Shown: one piece after another, positions 47,904 through 58,525 of the stretch
How positions within the stretch are numbered: position 1 is the stretch's first letter
Layout: each line of letters begins with the position of its first letter
The notes under the pieces: model-generated
What the model saw: only the letters and a program-made list of their open reading frames with translations
The model's database searches: none
What the model was told of the DNA's origin: nothing
Translations under genes and position numbers: made by a program
Assembly: GCA_963797095.1 (NCBI GenBank)
Contig: CAWCNY010000002.1
Location: 1,120,001-1,184,000 of the forward strand
Direction of reading: 5' to 3'
Length of the DNA: 64,000 bases
DNA from: an uncultured Chloroflexia bacterium
GTDB lineage: Bacteria; Chloroflexota; Chloroflexia; QHBQ01; JADMIH01

Positions 47904-49685
47904 GTGAAAGTAACTTCAAAGAAATTCGCGGCGATTGTGGTCGGATTGTTGCTTCTCCCCACGCTTGCGGCTTGCGGAGGCGAGGTGCCCACAGCCACAC
48001 CTATTCCTCCACCGCCGACCGCTACTACCGCCCCCCCGCCCCCCACCGATACGGTGGCTATGGCCGAGCCGACCGCCACTGAAGCAATGGCCGAGCCTAC
48101 GGCGACCACCGCCGCAACCTCAGGATCGCAGACAGGCACTGCCACCGACACTATGTACGCTGCCAAAGATTGCAGCTACGGTGGCATCATGAAGAGCATC
48201 GAAGCGGTGAACGACACCACTGTCAAGTTCACCCTCTGCACGCCCGACCCGGCCTTCCCGTCTAAGGTCGCCTTCTCATCGTTGGGTATCCAATCCGCTG
48301 CTCACTTGCAGGCCACCGGCGGCAAGCCCCTTGAGGATGCCGTTGGCACAGGCCCCTACATGGTCAAGAACTGGGTGCGCGGCGATAGCCTCAACCTCGT
48401 AGCCAACCCCAACTATTGGGGCGACGCTCCCGCGACGCCTAACCTCATCTTCAAGTGGAACGACCAGGCAGCGGGCCGCCTCAACAGCCTCAAAGCAGGC
48501 GAAGCCGATGGTATCGATAACCCCGATCCCAACGATTACGCCACCGTCCAGGGCGACTCCAGCCTCCAACTGATCCCGCGCGACGCGCTCAGCATATTCT
48601 ACATCGGCCTCAACAACACCAAGCCGCCGCTGGATAACGAAAAGGTACGCCAGGCCATAGCTATGGGCATCGACCGCCAGGCTATCATAGACAAGTTCTA
48701 TCCGCCCGGCTCCAGCGTAGCCACTCACTTCACCCCCTGCGCCATCCCCGGCGGTTGCGAGGGTGACTCGTGGTATGACTACAACCTGGACGCGGCCAAG
48801 CAGATGTTGGCTGATGCCAACGTCGGCCCTATCAGCATGAAACTCTCCTATCGCGATGTCGTGCGCGGTTATCTGCCTTCCCCAGGCAAGGTCGCTGAGG
48901 AGATTCAGTCCCAGCTCAAGCAGCTTGGCATTGATGTGACCATCGACGTGCAGGAGTCGGGTACCTTCCTCGACAACGCCTCCAAGGGCAACCTTGAGAT
49001 CTTCCTCCTCGGTTGGGGCGCTGACTATCCCGATCAGACCGACTTCCTCGACGCTCACTTCGGCAAGGGCGCGAACGACTCGTTCGGCACCAAGTTCGAC
49101 GATATTACCAGCCTGCTCACTCAGGCGGCTGCCCTTTCTGACCAGGCCCAGCGCAACGCGCTCTATGCCCAGGCTAACAACCTGATCAAGCAGCACGTGC
49201 CGATGGTACCTGTAGCTTGGGGTGCTTCCGCCACTGCCTGGAGCGCTAATGTGCAGAACGCGCAGTCCAGCCCTCTGGGTAACGAAGCCTTCAGGCTCAT
49301 GTCTGTTCCGAGCAAGGACACCTTTGTCTGGATCCAGAACGCCGAGCCTTTGAGCCTCTACTGTAGCGACGAGACCGACGGCGAGAGCCTGCGCGCTTGC
49401 GAGCAGATCTTCGACCCGCTTCTGACCTACAAGGTTGGCGGCACTGAGGTCGAGCCTAACCTGGCTACCGATTACAAGGCCAACGACGATCTTACCGAGT
49501 GGACATTCACGTTGCGGTCGGGTGTGAAGTTCTCCGACAATACACCTCTCACCGCCAAGGATGTTGTGGCGACCTATGCCGCTCAGTGGGATGTCAGCAA
49601 CCCACTCCACACCGGCAACACCGGCAACTTCGACTACTGGACTATCCTCTTCGCCGCCTTCCTCAACGCTCCACCTTCACAATAG
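47904..49685 (+). CDS. dppA: Peptide ABC substrate-binding lipoprotein (family 5), circularly permuted
   Basis: RBS AGGAGG, GTG start, lipobox 'LAAC', 'GTGPY', 'VRQAIAMGIDR', 'GWGADYPD'; the normally N-terminal block lies at the C-terminus. Confidence 0.88.
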   Translation: MKVTSKKFAAIVVGLLLLPTLAACGGEVPTATPIPPPPTATTAPPPPTDTVAMAEPTATEAMAEPTATTAATSGSQTGTATDTMYAAKDCSYGGIMKSIEAVNDTTVKFTLCTPDPAFPSKVAFSSLGIQSAAHLQATGGKPLEDAVGTGPYMVKNWVRGDSLNLVANPNYWGDAPATPNLIFKWNDQAAGRLNSLKAGEADGIDNPDPNDYATVQGDSSLQLIPRDALSIFYIGLNNTKPPLDNEKVRQAIAMGIDRQAIIDKFYPPGSSVATHFTPCAIPGGCEGDSWYDYNLDAAKQMLADANVGPISMKLSYRDVVRGYLPSPGKVAEEIQSQLKQLGIDVTIDVQESGTFLDNASKGNLEIFLLGWGADYPDQTDFLDAHFGKGANDSFGTKFDDITSLLTQAAALSDQAQRNALYAQANNLIKQHVPMVPVAWGASATAWSANVQNAQSSPLGNEAFRLMSVPSKDTFVWIQNAEPLSLYCSDETDGESLRACEQIFDPLLTYKVGGTEVEPNLATDYKANDDLTEWTFTLRSGVKFSDNTPLTAKDVVATYAAQWDVSNPLHTGNTGNFDYWTILFAAFLNAPPSQ

Positions 49686-49701
49686 TCCGGTTCTAATTAC
49701 A

Positions 49702-49739
49702 ATGCAGGCTGGGTGTGCAAAAGAGCGCCCAGCCTGTAT
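49702..49739 (+). terminator. Intercistronic hairpin after dppA
   Basis: ATGCAGGCTGGGTG / CGCCCAGCCTGTAT, paired with G-U wobbles. Confidence 0.6.
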
Positions 49740-49767
49740 CACAACCCCCGAATTGTAGTTCGGAATT

Positions 49768-50844
49768 ATGGGACGTTTCTTACTTCGCCGACTGATATTA
49801 ATCATCCCGGTTCTCCTGGGGATCATATTCGTAACCTTTGTGTTGGTGCGCTCGATCCCGGGTGATGCCTGCGTTGCCATGCTCGGCGAGAAGGCCACAC
49901 CTGCCGTCTGCGCGCAATTCCGAGAACGCTTCGGCCTTAATGATAATATCGCCGTTCAATTTGTCCGCTATCTTGGCACACTGGGCACGTTCGACCTGGG
50001 CGATTCGCTCAAGTACGGGCGACCTGTCGGCACCTTCTTGATCGAGCGCCTGCCAATGACTATCGAATTAACTATAGGCGCTATGTCTTTCGCCCTGTTA
50101 GTGGGTATTCCACTGGGCATTATATCGGCATACAAGCACAGGTCGGCCGTAGATGTGGGCACGATGGTGATCGCCAACCTGGGCGTTTCCATGCCGATTT
50201 TCTGGTTAGGCTACTTACTGGCCGGTTTGTTCGGTATCGTGCTCAAAGACACGCCTTTCTACTTACCCACATCGGGCAGGCTGACTCCTGGCCTCTCTTT
50301 ACCTCCATTGACCGACGCGTGGAACCTGGGCCATGTGCAGGGCTTCGCTGGTGGCGTGCTGACGTTCTTCTCACAGATGTTCACCTTCAATTCTCTTGTA
50401 ACAGGTCACCTTGATATATTCTGGGACGCCATCAGGCACCTCATCCTACCATCAGTAGCCCTGGGCACGATCCCTATGGCGATTATCGCCCGCCTCACCC
50501 GCTCCAATTTGCTGGACATTATGGGCAACGACTACATCCGCACGGCTCGCTCCAAAGGCCTCGGCGAGCGGATGATCCTCTTCCGCCACGCCATGCGCAA
50601 TGCCCTCCTGCCTCTTGTAACGGTGATCGGTCTCCAGTTCGGCGCGCTATTGGGGGGCGCTGTACTGACCGAAACGGTGTTCGGCTTGCCCGGCGTCGGC
50701 AAGTTCCTTGTAGATTCGATTTTCGCCCGCGACTACCCCGTAGTGCAGGGCTTCACCCTGGTTATCGCACTTATTTTCGTATTCGTGAACCTGATAGTTG
50801 ATATATCCTATGCTTTCCTCGACCCTCGCATCCGCCTCAGCTAA
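49768..50844 (+). CDS. dppB: Peptide ABC permease
   Basis: 'DYIRTARSKGL', 'LTETVF..PGVG', 'RDYPVVQG', 'DPRIR'. Confidence 0.95.
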   Translation: MGRFLLRRLILIIPVLLGIIFVTFVLVRSIPGDACVAMLGEKATPAVCAQFRERFGLNDNIAVQFVRYLGTLGTFDLGDSLKYGRPVGTFLIERLPMTIELTIGAMSFALLVGIPLGIISAYKHRSAVDVGTMVIANLGVSMPIFWLGYLLAGLFGIVLKDTPFYLPTSGRLTPGLSLPPLTDAWNLGHVQGFAGGVLTFFSQMFTFNSLVTGHLDIFWDAIRHLILPSVALGTIPMAIIARLTRSNLLDIMGNDYIRTARSKGLGERMILFRHAMRNALLPLVTVIGLQFGALLGGAVLTETVFGLPGVGKFLVDSIFARDYPVVQGFTLVIALIFVFVNLIVDISYAFLDPRIRLS

Positions 50845-50885
50845 GGGTCATAGTGGCATAGCACCGATCCTGGACTTGTGAGCCT

Positions 50886-51842
50886 ATGAGCGCAGTGACA
50901 GCCGGAACTAAGATACCAAGAACGGCGCAGGCAAAGCCTCGCAGCCTGGGGCGCGATGCCCTTCGCCACCTTCTGCACAACAGGTCGGCCCAGGTCGGCA
51001 TGGTTATGCTCGGCTTCCTCTTGCTGGTCGCTATCTTCGCCCCCGTGATCGCCACACACGATCCGATCAATTTCACCGACCCCAACAACAAGGTGCGCAC
51101 GCCGCCGTGTATCCATTTCCTCGGTTGTCCAGCCGATCAGCCTCAGCATATATTCGGCCTGGATGGCAACGGGCGCGATCTCTTCAGCCGCGTGGTATAT
51201 GGCACCCAGGTTTCCCTCTTCATAGGTGTCTCCACAGTCACCTTCGCGGTCATCGTCGGCACCCTTATCGGCGCGGTATCGGGCTTCCTGGGCGGTTGGG
51301 CCGATAGCATCATCATGCGTTTCATGGATGTATTGCTTGCCTTCCCTAGCCTGCTGTTGGCTATTGCCCTGGTGGCCGTCCTTCGCCCCTTGATCCTCGA
51401 AGGGCCTCATCTCTCGCCGCTTATCCCTGCTCTGTTCGCTATTGGTTTCGTTGCTATACCTGTCTATGCTCGTATAGTCCGCTCAAGCGTGCTCTCTATC
51501 AAAGAGCAAGACTATGTGCTCGCCGACCGCGCCATTGGCGTGCCTCCTACGCGTACGCTCTTCCGAACGGTCCTCCCCAACTCCCTCACCCCCCTGATCG
51601 TTCAAGGCACGCTTGGTATCGCCTCCGCCATATTGGATGCCGCCGCCCTCGGCTTCCTGGGCCTGGGCCAGCAGCCTCCCAACCCTGAATGGGGTACCAT
51701 GCTGGGTGTGGAGCGCAACAGCGTATTCAACGCCCCCCATCTCCTGATCTTCCCCGGTGCGGCTATCGTGGTTACTGTACTCGCCTTCAATCTCCTGGGG
51801 GATGGCCTGCGCGATGCCCTCGACCCACGCCTCAACAGGTAA
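50886..51842 (+). CDS. dppC: Peptide ABC permease
   Basis: 'FGLDGNGRDLFSRVVYG', 'LGFLGLG...P.PEWG.M', 'FNLLGDGLRDALDP'. Confidence 0.95.
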   Translation: MSAVTAGTKIPRTAQAKPRSLGRDALRHLLHNRSAQVGMVMLGFLLLVAIFAPVIATHDPINFTDPNNKVRTPPCIHFLGCPADQPQHIFGLDGNGRDLFSRVVYGTQVSLFIGVSTVTFAVIVGTLIGAVSGFLGGWADSIIMRFMDVLLAFPSLLLAIALVAVLRPLILEGPHLSPLIPALFAIGFVAIPVYARIVRSSVLSIKEQDYVLADRAIGVPPTRTLFRTVLPNSLTPLIVQGTLGIASAILDAAALGFLGLGQQPPNPEWGTMLGVERNSVFNAPHLLIFPGAAIVVTVLAFNLLGDGLRDALDPRLNR

Positions 51843-51856
51843 CTGGCGGATCCCCT

Positions 51857-52882
51857 ATGGCAACACTGCTACAAGTACAAAACCTCCAGACCAGCTTCCG
51901 CACGCGCGATGGTATAGTCAGGGCTGTGCAAGGTGTATCCTTCGACCTTGAGGAAGGAGAGACCCTTGGGATCGTGGGCAAGTCGGGGTCGGGCAAGAGC
52001 GTGACCGCCCTCTCGATTATGCGCCTGATCCCTGAGCCACCCGGCAAGATCAAATCGGGCGAGGTCCTCTACCGGGGCAAAGACCTGCTCAAGTACAGCA
52101 GATCGGAGATGAGGAACATACGCGGGAAAGAGATCGCCATGATCTTCCAGGACCCGATGACCTCCCTCAACCCGGTACTGACGCTCAGCAAGCAGATAGG
52201 TGAGTCCCTGCAAGTCCACCTGAACATGACCAAAAAGCAGGCCCGAAACCGCACCATCGAGCTATTGAAACTGGTCGGCATACCCTCGGCAGAGCAGAGG
52301 CTCGATAGCTACCCGCACCAGTTTTCCGGCGGTATGCGCCAGCGTGTGATGATCGCTATGGCCCTCTCCTGCAACCCCAAGCTTCTGATCGCCGACGAGC
52401 CGACCACAGCCCTCGACGTGACGATCCAGGCGCAAATCCTGGACCTCATCAGACGGCTCAAGAGCGAGTTCAACACAGCAGTCATCTTTATCACCCACGA
52501 CCTGGGCGTCGTCGCCGGGCTGTGCAACCGCGTGATCGTCTTGTATGGTGGCCGCATCATGGAGCAGGCCACCACCGAGGAGTTGTATGGCGATCCTCGC
52601 CACCCCTACACTCTGGGCCTCCTCAAATCGGTGCCTCGCCTGGACGAAGAGCGCAAGGAGCGACTTGAGCCTATCCCGGGTATGCCCCCCGACCTGATCA
52701 ACTCGATACCAGGCTGCCCTTTCTACCCTCGATGCACCTATCGCGAGGACTGGCACAAAGACAAAATGCCTCCACTGGCCGAGGTCGGCCCCAAGCATCG
52801 CGCCGCCTGCTGGATCGATGTGCGAACTACCGCACCTCATGTGATCGAGGACGAAACCGAAGAAAAAGTGGGGGCAAGCTAA
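51857..52882 (+). CDS. dppD: Peptide ABC ATPase
   Basis: 'GKSGSGKS', 'FSGGMRQR', 'ADEPTTALD', C-terminal Cys motif. Confidence 0.95.
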   Translation: MATLLQVQNLQTSFRTRDGIVRAVQGVSFDLEEGETLGIVGKSGSGKSVTALSIMRLIPEPPGKIKSGEVLYRGKDLLKYSRSEMRNIRGKEIAMIFQDPMTSLNPVLTLSKQIGESLQVHLNMTKKQARNRTIELLKLVGIPSAEQRLDSYPHQFSGGMRQRVMIAMALSCNPKLLIADEPTTALDVTIQAQILDLIRRLKSEFNTAVIFITHDLGVVAGLCNRVIVLYGGRIMEQATTEELYGDPRHPYTLGLLKSVPRLDEERKERLEPIPGMPPDLINSIPGCPFYPRCTYREDWHKDKMPPLAEVGPKHRAACWIDVRTTAPHVIEDETEEKVGAS

Positions 52883-53941
52883 ATGGCTGTGACCGAGACA
52901 GGAAATCCTGTACCCACTGCGCAGGTCGTCGTCAAGAACTACAGAGATAGGGAGGACGGCTACGTGCCGGGCGACGTGCTCCTCACGATTGAGGGGCTGA
53001 AGATGCACTTCCCGATCACCAGAGGCCTCATAATCCAGAGGCAGGTAGGGGCTGTGCAGGCCGTCGATGGCCTCGATTTTATCATCAAGAAGGGCGAGAC
53101 GCTTGGCCTGGTGGGCGAGTCCGGTTGCGGCAAGAGCACGGCAGGCAGGGCTATCCTTCAGTTGTACAAGCCAACCGCCGGGCGCGTAATCTTTAAAGGG
53201 ATCGACATCACCAAGCTGGGCAAGTCGGAACTACGCGGCCTGCGCAAGCAGATGCAGATGATCTTTCAGGACCCATACTCCTCGCTCAATCCCCGGATGA
53301 CCGTAGGCGATATCATCGGTGAGCCGCTCAAGGTCCACAGTCTTGCAAACGGCACTGAGAGGCGGGAGCGAATACGCGAGCTATTGCAAACGGTCGGCCT
53401 CAATCCATACTTCACCAATCGCTACCCGCACGAGTTCTCAGGCGGGCAGCGCCAGCGTATCGGTATCGCACGTGCCCTGGCTGTCAATCCTGATTTCATA
53501 GTGGCCGATGAGCCGATCTCCGCCCTCGACGTGTCGATCCGCGCCCAGATTATCAACCTGATGGAGGATTTGCAGGCCGAGTTCGGCCTGACCTACCTCT
53601 TTATCGCCCACGACCTCAGCGTGGTGCGCCACATCTCCGACCGCGTGGCGGTCATGTACCTGGGCAAGATCGTGGAGCTTGCCGACCGTAGCGAGCTATA
53701 TGACCACCCCTTGATGCCCTACACGAAGGCTCTCCTATCGGCGGTGCCGATCCCTGACCCCATAGCCGAAGCCAAGCGCGAGCGTATAATACTGACAGGC
53801 GATGTGCCTTCCCCGATCAATCCCCCTAGAGGCTGCCATTTCCACACGAGATGCCCTATCGCCATAGCCGCCTGTCGCGAGATCGACCCCCCCTTAGAGC
53901 AGAAAGCCCCGGGTCACTGGGCAGCATGCATTAGAGTTTGA
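52883..53941 (+). CDS. dppF: Peptide ABC ATPase
   Basis: 'GESGCGKS', 'FSGGQRQR', 'GC.FHTRCP'. Confidence 0.95.
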   Translation: MAVTETGNPVPTAQVVVKNYRDREDGYVPGDVLLTIEGLKMHFPITRGLIIQRQVGAVQAVDGLDFIIKKGETLGLVGESGCGKSTAGRAILQLYKPTAGRVIFKGIDITKLGKSELRGLRKQMQMIFQDPYSSLNPRMTVGDIIGEPLKVHSLANGTERRERIRELLQTVGLNPYFTNRYPHEFSGGQRQRIGIARALAVNPDFIVADEPISALDVSIRAQIINLMEDLQAEFGLTYLFIAHDLSVVRHISDRVAVMYLGKIVELADRSELYDHPLMPYTKALLSAVPIPDPIAEAKRERIILTGDVPSPINPPRGCHFHTRCPIAIAACREIDPPLEQKAPGHWAACIRV

Positions 53942-53998
53942 CGAAAGACGAAAGACGAAGGCGCTCTTGCCTTCGCCCTTCGTCTTTCGTCCTTCGTC
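53940..53998. repeat. Heptamer-built palindrome (GACGAAR)x3 ... (YTTCGYC)x4 between convergent genes
   Basis: Direct reading; fills the whole intergenic gap. Confidence 0.85.
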
Positions 53999-54001
53999 CC
54001 C

Positions 54002-56740
54002 TTACGGTGTTTCGCAGGCCGGGAAGAAGGCATTAGCTACTATCTTGGCTACCTGCCCCCTGGTGGCGTTGGCTCCAGGTCTGAAGTATGGCAGATTACT
54101 CCCTCCACACGGCTCGCCTGGCCCACCGCATAGATAGCCTGTCATCACGTCCCGGTTAGCTAACCGCCAGATGTAATCGTAGAAGGTTGAGCCTTCCAGC
54201 ACATCCTCGAACTGCTTGTCTCCACTCGGTTCGGTGAAGCCCGCAGCATTTGCCACGATCTTCGATATCTGGCCCCTCGTGACGTTGGCGTTCGGTCGGA
54301 AGTAAGGCAAACTGCTGGGGCCGCAAGGCTCCCCCGGTCCACCACATGGATATCCTACTATATATCCGCGTGTCGCCAGCCTGCCCACATAATCGTAGAA
54401 GGTCGAGCCTTCCGGTACATCCTCGAACTGCGCACCGGTGATAGTGTCGTGGAAGCCTGCGGCATTGGATACGATCTTAGCCATCTGGCCTCGCGTCACC
54501 AGGTTGCCCGGCTTGAAGCATGGGCTGCCGGTGTCGCATCCTGTGGTGTAGCCGTCTATGATACCACGGCACGCCAGGCACCTGATATTGGCATAGAAGG
54601 TATCATCCGGGTCCACGTCCGTGAACTGGATGGGGCAGATTGTAGATGTAGCTGTGGGTGGCACAGGCGTATCCGTGGCGGTAGCCTCTATCGGTGTGTT
54701 GGTGGCCATAGGTGTAGGTGGCGTATCAGTGGCCGTAGGCGGTACCGGTGTATCGGTGGGTGTGTCCGTGCTCGTTGCTGTGGGTGGCATAGGCGTGTCT
54801 GTGGGTGTTGGCGTATCAGTGCTGGTGGGTACCGGTGTGCTTGTAAGCGTCGGTGTATCGGTAGGCACGGCTGTGCTTGTTGGCGTAGGTGTGAGCGTCG
54901 GTGATCCGCTAGGCAATACATCGAGGAATGCCGCCGATATTGGCCCCCAGGTCTGGTATCCTGAGAAATCGTTCTGCCCTCTGCCTCGCACAAAGAGTAT
55001 GTGCCTGCCTACAGGGATTGAAGTGGTATCAATCGTGGCCTGCGCGCCTTCAGTCGGCGCATCAAAAGTGCCGTCGCTCGCTACCATTGCTACAGGTGTG
55101 CCGCCTGCCCAGGGTGGCGTATCCAGGTAATATTCCGCCGCCCCCACGCTCTGGCTGAAGGCATTAAGCTGGTTGTCGCTCGCCCTCCAGTCGAACTTGA
55201 TGGTCGCCGTCAGTGCCACCGAAGAACCTTGTGTGGCCGTCATAGGATCGGTTGCCACCGCGTTTGCGTCGGGTCCATGAGATAGCAGATAGGGCGTGCG
55301 GGCGATCTTGGCGAGGTAAGTCAGCATCCCTTTGTTTTCGGGCCAGATACCTTGCGAGGACCCGCACCCTGGATTATCGATGCAGGAAAACGCGGGCAGG
55401 AAATCGCCGCCGCTCAACTCCGTGGAGATCGAGGCTATGCCAAGCTCTCCGTATGTCCAGTCAATCGAGCCGCCATCAACGATATACAACTGGCATGGAA
55501 TACACCCGTATGGGTAGTCGTTGCCACCCTCGCCGGGCGAGCTTATACGACGTGCGATGTTGTCCGTCTCGTTATAGTTGGGCATCAGTGTGTAGGTCCA
55601 ACCCCACGGATAGAGGTTCACCGGCACGACCGTGTGTAAGTTCTGGTAGACACCTGTGGTCGTGATCGGCGCCGGGTCGGTATCAAGCGGGCCTCGCTGG
55701 TCGGGGATGAGGGTGCGTATCTTATTGACTATAGCTGCCGTCTCCTCATCCGAGCCTGCCGATACGCCGTGATAGGTCTGCTCGCATACGAAATCGGATC
55801 AGCCGCCACAACAATCCCACTTGAATGGGAAGTTGCGGTTGTTATCCACGCCAAAGTGGTCGTATGGAGTAGGCGGCCACGAGCACCCCGATCCGCCCAC
55901 GTTATCACCGTTCTTGCGGTAGTAGTACGGGCTTGAGCCGCCTCCGCCCGCTTCCACTATATGGTGGCCGTCAGGGTTGACCGTTGGCACCAGCCAGATA
56001 TCGGTGTAATCAACCAGCCAGTGCGCGTCAGCATTCGTGTTGTAGTTGTCCAGCAACCAGCTGATCATGCGCATCACTACCTCTGGCGTGGCGATCTCGC
56101 GTGCATGGATATCGCCGTCGGCCCAGAAGACCGGCTTGGGGCCGGCGATTGCCTGGTTGGTGATGTGCATCGCGAACAGGTCGTAGCCGTTCCAGGGGCT
56201 TGGCAGCGTGCAGGAGCCTGGATGGGTCTTGCACCACGAATCGCCATAATCAACCTTCTCGGCAAGAGTCGGGTACTGCGCCACCATCTGATCGAGGAAG
56301 GTGTACATCTCCTCCACGGTCTTGTACCCGCCGAAAAAAGTATCGGGGAGCGATTGCGGGTTGCTCAGGAAGTCGCTCTTGACCGGGTCGATCTCGACCC
56401 GCAGGCCGCGATTCTTGAGATCGTAGTACAAGGCTCGGTCGCGCACCACGGTCAGGTAGCCCCCTGTTGTAGGTATCTCCTCCGGGGCCAGTTCATTAGC
56501 CAATGCATCGCGCTCGGCTAGGCTGCTGAAGTAGACGCGCATTACCAGCACGCTATACTGGTTGGCAAGAGCATCGTTTTGCGCCGTGGCCGTGCTGCCC
56601 GGCAGAGGAGCTGCCGCCTGCGCCGCGCCGGGGCCGGTCGCTCCGCCTCCCGCCGCCACCAGTGGCAGTAAAATCATGAGCGCGGGTATAACGAACCTCA
56701 CCAGCGCCCTTTGCCGAAAGTTGCTCCTGGCTCTCTTCAC
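54002..56740 (-). pseudogene. M14 carboxypeptidase + Cys-rich SLH paralog, interrupted by an in-frame TGA at 55799-55801
   Basis: ORFs 55799-56740 and 54002-55627 share a frame; readthrough gives 'WDCCGG*SDFVCEQTYHG', aligning with 'WGCCGGSSGAPCNLTYRG' in the 1337-aa paralog. Confidence 0.88.
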
Positions 56741-57080
56741 CTTGCATACCCTCCTTCTGAACGTGAATAAGGGAGGAACATATAACCTGGCAGGCGCGCT
56801 CTATAGTTGCGCCGCGCACCTGCTGGCTATCATTATATCCAATTCCACACTGAATCGCTTCCGTCACTTTATCGCATCCTGCAACAAAAAGGCCGGAAGA
56901 CTAAAATGCAACTGCCGGCGCGCGGACCCTCCTAGCAAAAGGTCCTACAACCGGCAGTAAGGCAGGCCAGAATGACGAGGGGCGTACTCATCAACCGTCC
57001 CATCAGTAATAACGCCCCTTGCCGGAAAAAGATAGGCCCATTCGGTATGTTATACTGAATTCAAGGAGTGTGAAACAGGC

Positions 57081-57497
57081 GTGAACAGTGAAAATTTCGC
57101 CGATCCCACCGATATAGCTGCTATACTGCAAATGAAGCGGATCGCGGTTGTGGGCCTATCGTCCAGCCCCTGGCGTACAAGCCACGACGTATCCCGGTAT
57201 ATGCAATCCCACGACTATACCATCATCCCGGTCAACCCGAATGAAACCGAGGTGCTGGGAGAAAAGGCTTACCCAACCCTGAGCGACTTGCCGGAACCGC
57301 CTGAGGTGGTCGATATTTTCCGACGCTCGGAATATGTGAGCGCTATAGTGGACGAAGCCATCAAGGTTGGCGCGAAGGCGATCTGGATGCAGATCGGCGT
57401 GATCGACTATGACGCAGCCCGCCGGGCGCGGCAAGCAGGCTTGCTGGTGGTGGTTGATAGATGTATTAAGGTGGAGCAAGCGCGGCTTGGGAGATGA
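57081..57497 (+). CDS. CoA-binding protein (YccU-like)
   Basis: 'IAVVGLS', 'PVNP', 'VDIFRRSE', 'W.Q.G', 'DRCIK'. Confidence 0.93.
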   Translation: MNSENFADPTDIAAILQMKRIAVVGLSSSPWRTSHDVSRYMQSHDYTIIPVNPNETEVLGEKAYPTLSDLPEPPEVVDIFRRSEYVSAIVDEAIKVGAKAIWMQIGVIDYDAARRARQAGLLVVVDRCIKVEQARLGR

Positions 57498-57552
57498 AGA
57501 TACTATTGCTTGTAAGTTTGTCGCGACAAAGAGGCTTGCTGTTGGGAGCTAG

Positions 57553-58416
57553 ATGATGCAGACAGGTGTTATCGGCATAATCGGAGGTTCAGGCTTCTAC
57601 AACATGGCTGGGATGACCGGCATCCACACTGTGGAAGTGGATACCCCCTTCGGCAAGCCCAGCGATCCACCTATTCTCGGCAAGATCGCCGGGCGCGACG
57701 TGGCTTTTATCGCCCGTCATGGCAGAGGCCACCGCATTCCCCCTACGCTTGTGCCCGTCCTCGCCAATATCTTCGCCCTCAAGACGCTTGGTGTGACCCA
57801 CCTCGTGTCTGTAAGCGCGGTAGGTAGCATGAAGGAAGAGATCGAGCCACTGCACATGGTTGTGCCCGACCAGATCATCGACCGCACCGTTCACCGCCCA
57901 CGCACCTTCTTCATGGAGGGTCCGGTGGTGCACGTGGCCTTCGCCAACCCCTACTGTGACGAGTTGCGCGACCTGGTTGCCCGGGCCGCCGAAAGCGTGG
58001 GCGCGACCGTTCACCGGGGTGGCACGTATATCTGCATCGAGGGGCCGCAGTTCTCCACCCTTGCCGAGTCGTTCCTCTATAGAAGCTGGGGAGTATCGGT
58101 GATAGGCATGACCTCCATGCCGGAGGCGCGTCTTGCCCGCGAGGCCGAGATGTGCTACGCCACCCTCGCGATGGCTACCGATTACGATTCCTGGCACCCT
58201 GTGCACGACACAGTCACCGCCGACCTGGTGACGCAAAACCTTGTCCGAAACGTACAGCAAGCCAAAGACACAGTATCGGCCCTGGTCAGCATAATCCCTG
58301 ACACCTACGAATCGTCTTGTGTATCGGCTCTCCAGGGTTCCATAATGACTCCGCTCGACCTCGTTCCGCAGGAAACGCTGGAGAAATTCCGGCCCTTGCT
58401 AAATAAGTATTTGTAG
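57553..58416 (+). CDS. mtnP: S-methyl-5'-thioadenosine phosphorylase
   Basis: 'GIIGGSG', 'TPFGKPS', 'RHG.GH', 'EGPQFST.AES', 'GMT..PEA.LARE', 'TDYDSW'. Confidence 0.95.
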   Translation: MMQTGVIGIIGGSGFYNMAGMTGIHTVEVDTPFGKPSDPPILGKIAGRDVAFIARHGRGHRIPPTLVPVLANIFALKTLGVTHLVSVSAVGSMKEEIEPLHMVVPDQIIDRTVHRPRTFFMEGPVVHVAFANPYCDELRDLVARAAESVGATVHRGGTYICIEGPQFSTLAESFLYRSWGVSVIGMTSMPEARLAREAEMCYATLAMATDYDSWHPVHDTVTADLVTQNLVRNVQQAKDTVSALVSIIPDTYESSCVSALQGSIMTPLDLVPQETLEKFRPLLNKYL

Positions 58417-58515
58417 TCGGTAGTCAGTAGGTGGTAGTCGGAAGACGACCAATGAAACCAGGAACCAGGAACTATAATCCGACTACCAACTACCGACTAC
58501 CGACTACTGACTACC
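58413..58515. repeat. Inverted heptamer arrays (GTAGTCG-type x4 ... GACTACC-type x5) with AACCAGG x2 in the loop
   Basis: Left arm 58413-58442, right arm 58478-58515. Confidence 0.85.
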
Positions 58516-58525
58516 ACCCCAGCGA

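Noticed and set aside
48276-49610. 444-aa antisense ORF and other long shadow ORFs (e.g. 18303-19091, 52262-53008, 57589-58260)
   Set aside because: They are antisense to well-supported genes, expected from high-GC codon bias, and carry no motifs.
55799-55801. Selenocysteine codon
   Set aside because: It aligns with Ser, not Cys, in the paralog; no obvious SECIS; a single TCA>TGA change explains it.
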